Source of the DNA: Naegleria gruberi
Taxonomy: Eukaryota
Assembly: GCA_000004985.1 (NCBI GenBank)
Contig: GG738845.1
Reading direction: 5' to 3' (one strand)
Length of the DNA stretch: 64,000 nt
The notes under the pieces are model-generated. The model was not told where the DNA came from and searched no databases. It saw nothing but the letters and a program-made list of their open reading frames with translations. Below are positions 62,803 to 64,000 of the stretch, in pieces; position 1 is the first letter of the stretch, and every line of letters begins with the position of its first letter. A program made the position numbers and the translations under genes.

Positions 62803-64000
62803 ATGGATACAACAGTACAACAAGATGTTGCTTCCATAATAGCAGCTTCAAATTGTAGTGGTGTTGGAGGTAATGTACAACAAGTAGGATCATCCTCAAA
62901 CAAACCCAAGACCAGAAGAGGAAGACCACCAAAGGCACAACAGAAAACAGCTTCCGTTGTATCCTCAAGTCACCTACACAATGTTTTAGAATTTAAACAA
63001 ACATATTCAAGATTGCTCCGAAAACAACAAGAAATTATGGAACAAAAAAGACCAAAATCTCTATTGGATACCAGTTTAATGTCGATCAATGATTTAATGA
63101 ATGACCTCAGTGATGACGAAGAAGATATTAGCAGTGGAACAAATCAACAACCTGTTGCAGGTAGTGAAAATTTTAATAATTTAATGGAAGAGGATGAATT
63201 GGAAGATATGATGTCAACAACAGCCACACGAACAAATAATAATAATTTATTGATAATACCTCCAGAAAAACAATCACTTAGGGATTTGCTTCAATTCAAA
63301 GATTTAGCTATCAAAAAACCAGAGCAAATAATAGAGGAAGCAATACGAAAAGAATTAAAACGAACCAGAGGAATGGAGGATGAAATAGATATGGATGTAC
63401 CAAATGATGTAAGAAAAGTAATTGATTTTTCTAGAATACCCAAATTTACAACAATTCTGGAAGAGATGGGAGAAAGTACCGAAGGAACTAGCCAACAATG
63501 TGTCTATAGTATTACAGAAGAAGCTAAAGTAGAGAATGGGTATTTTTTACCAAAGAGGAACGAAAACTTTATTGCACCTACAGAAGAAGCTAATTATTTT
63601 GGAAAATACCACAAAGAGAAGAATGAAAAAGTACCATTGGATGAAGTAGTTCTACAAGTGGCCATTTATCACCCTATTAGAAATACTAAAGTTCAAGAGT
63701 TTATGGTTCTGGGAAGCCAAAAACTTACAGAACTAAGGGATTGTATAGATTGTATATCTAATACTGTTTTTGGAGATGTCAATAATTATTTCACATCATC
63801 AGCCTATTTATTTATTGAGAATATATTTTACAATGATAGAAGAATTGCAAATAATATTGATTACAGTGAAAATATTATTGAGTGGATGAAAACTTTTGAA
63901 GATGGCTCCACATCAAAAGCACATGTATTTTCCTCATTGAAAATGGAGGATGTTTCTTTTTATGATTTATCAATAAGGTTAAACGAGCCTTATATTTATT
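62803..64000 (+). CDS. AT-hook-containing protein, possibly snRNA-activating protein complex subunit SNAPC3/SNAP50-like; 3' end beyond window
   Basis: ATG at 62803. AT-hook RRGRPPK near the N-terminus. The segment VLQVAIYHPIRNTKVQEFMVLGSQKLTELRDCIDC resembles the conserved SNAPC3 core. ORF stays open to the window end. Confidence 0.4.
   Translation, partial: MDTTVQQDVASIIAASNCSGVGGNVQQVGSSSNKPKTRRGRPPKAQQKTASVVSSSHLHNVLEFKQTYSRLLRKQQEIMEQKRPKSLLDTSLMSINDLMNDLSDDEEDISSGTNQQPVAGSENFNNLMEEDELEDMMSTTATRTNNNNLLIIPPEKQSLRDLLQFKDLAIKKPEQIIEEAIRKELKRTRGMEDEIDMDVPNDVRKVIDFSRIPKFTTILEEMGESTEGTSQQCVYSITEEAKVENGYFLPKRNENFIAPTEEANYFGKYHKEKNEKVPLDEVVLQVAIYHPIRNTKVQEFMVLGSQKLTELRDCIDCISNTVFGDVNNYFTSSAYLFIENIFYNDRRIANNIDYSENIIEWMKTFEDGSTSKAHVFSSLKMEDVSFYDLSIRLNEPYIY

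Noticed and set aside
1-64000. Ciliate-type alternative genetic code, mobile elements, CRISPR arrays and prophage content
   Set aside because: All three stop codons terminate conserved proteins at the expected positions. No transposase, integrase or reverse-transcriptase-like ORFs, no terminal inverted repeats or long direct repeats, and no repeat-spacer arrays were seen. The sequence is clearly eukaryotic, so prokaryotic defence-system categories do not apply.

Overview
The window is AT-rich nuclear DNA from a eukaryote, not a prokaryote. It is almost entirely protein-coding on both strands, and I recognise about 31 genes. Standard genetic code is in use: conserved genes terminate at TAA, TAG and TGA. 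Start contexts are typically aaaaATG. Only 23 spliceosomal introns are present across the 31 genes; 22 are 33-64 nt and one is 133 nt. Several genes are single exons of 5-7.5 kb. Intergenic spacers are tiny (42-430 nt), and four convergent gene pairs have stop codons 1-24 nt apart. Product calls come from reading the ORF translations against protein families I know (conserved motifs and collinear stretches); no database search was possible. Secure calls: DEAD-box helicase (DDX27/Drs1-like, 5' partial), AP-2 sigma adaptin, ER Hsp70-family chaperone Grp170/HYOU1 (signal peptide, KDEL), CCDC93 (Commander/CCC), BBS4, Bcd1/ZNHIT6, nucleolar FKBP, Sec61 beta, TFIIIC large subunit (GTF3C1/Tfc3-like), BOP1/Erb1, an FG-nucleoporin, CDC73/parafibromin, PHF5A/Rds3, IFT52, triosephosphate isomerase, RIC1, a PAXBP1/GCFC-family protein, and tRNA-Ser(AGA). 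Likely calls: CASC1/IC97 (DNAI7) axonemal protein, an SDS22-type LRR+LRRcap protein, a TspO/MBR membrane protein, a Kelch plus 3x p25-alpha (TPPP) fusion, a kinesin-like protein with degenerate catalytic motifs and a C-terminal PH domain, an RCC1-like propeller, a SNAPC3-like protein (3' partial), several coiled-coil proteins and a 2490-aa low-complexity protein. BBS4, IFT52, CASC1 and p25-alpha imply a ciliated/flagellated organism. Base composition, standard code, about 0.8 very short introns per gene and extreme compaction suggest an amoeboflagellate protist such as a heterolobosean (Naegleria-like); this is inference only. No mobile elements, CRISPR arrays, rRNA or clear snRNA/snoRNA genes were seen. 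Most interesting observation: a GC-rich E2F-like motif (TTTGGCGGGAA, and the related TTGGGCGGCAAA) sits 17-125 nt upstream of the ATG of the likely ciliary/flagellar genes (BBS4, IFT52, CASC1, the LRR protein, three coiled-coil genes) and is absent from the housekeeping promoters in the window. This may be a flagellar-regulon cis-element.
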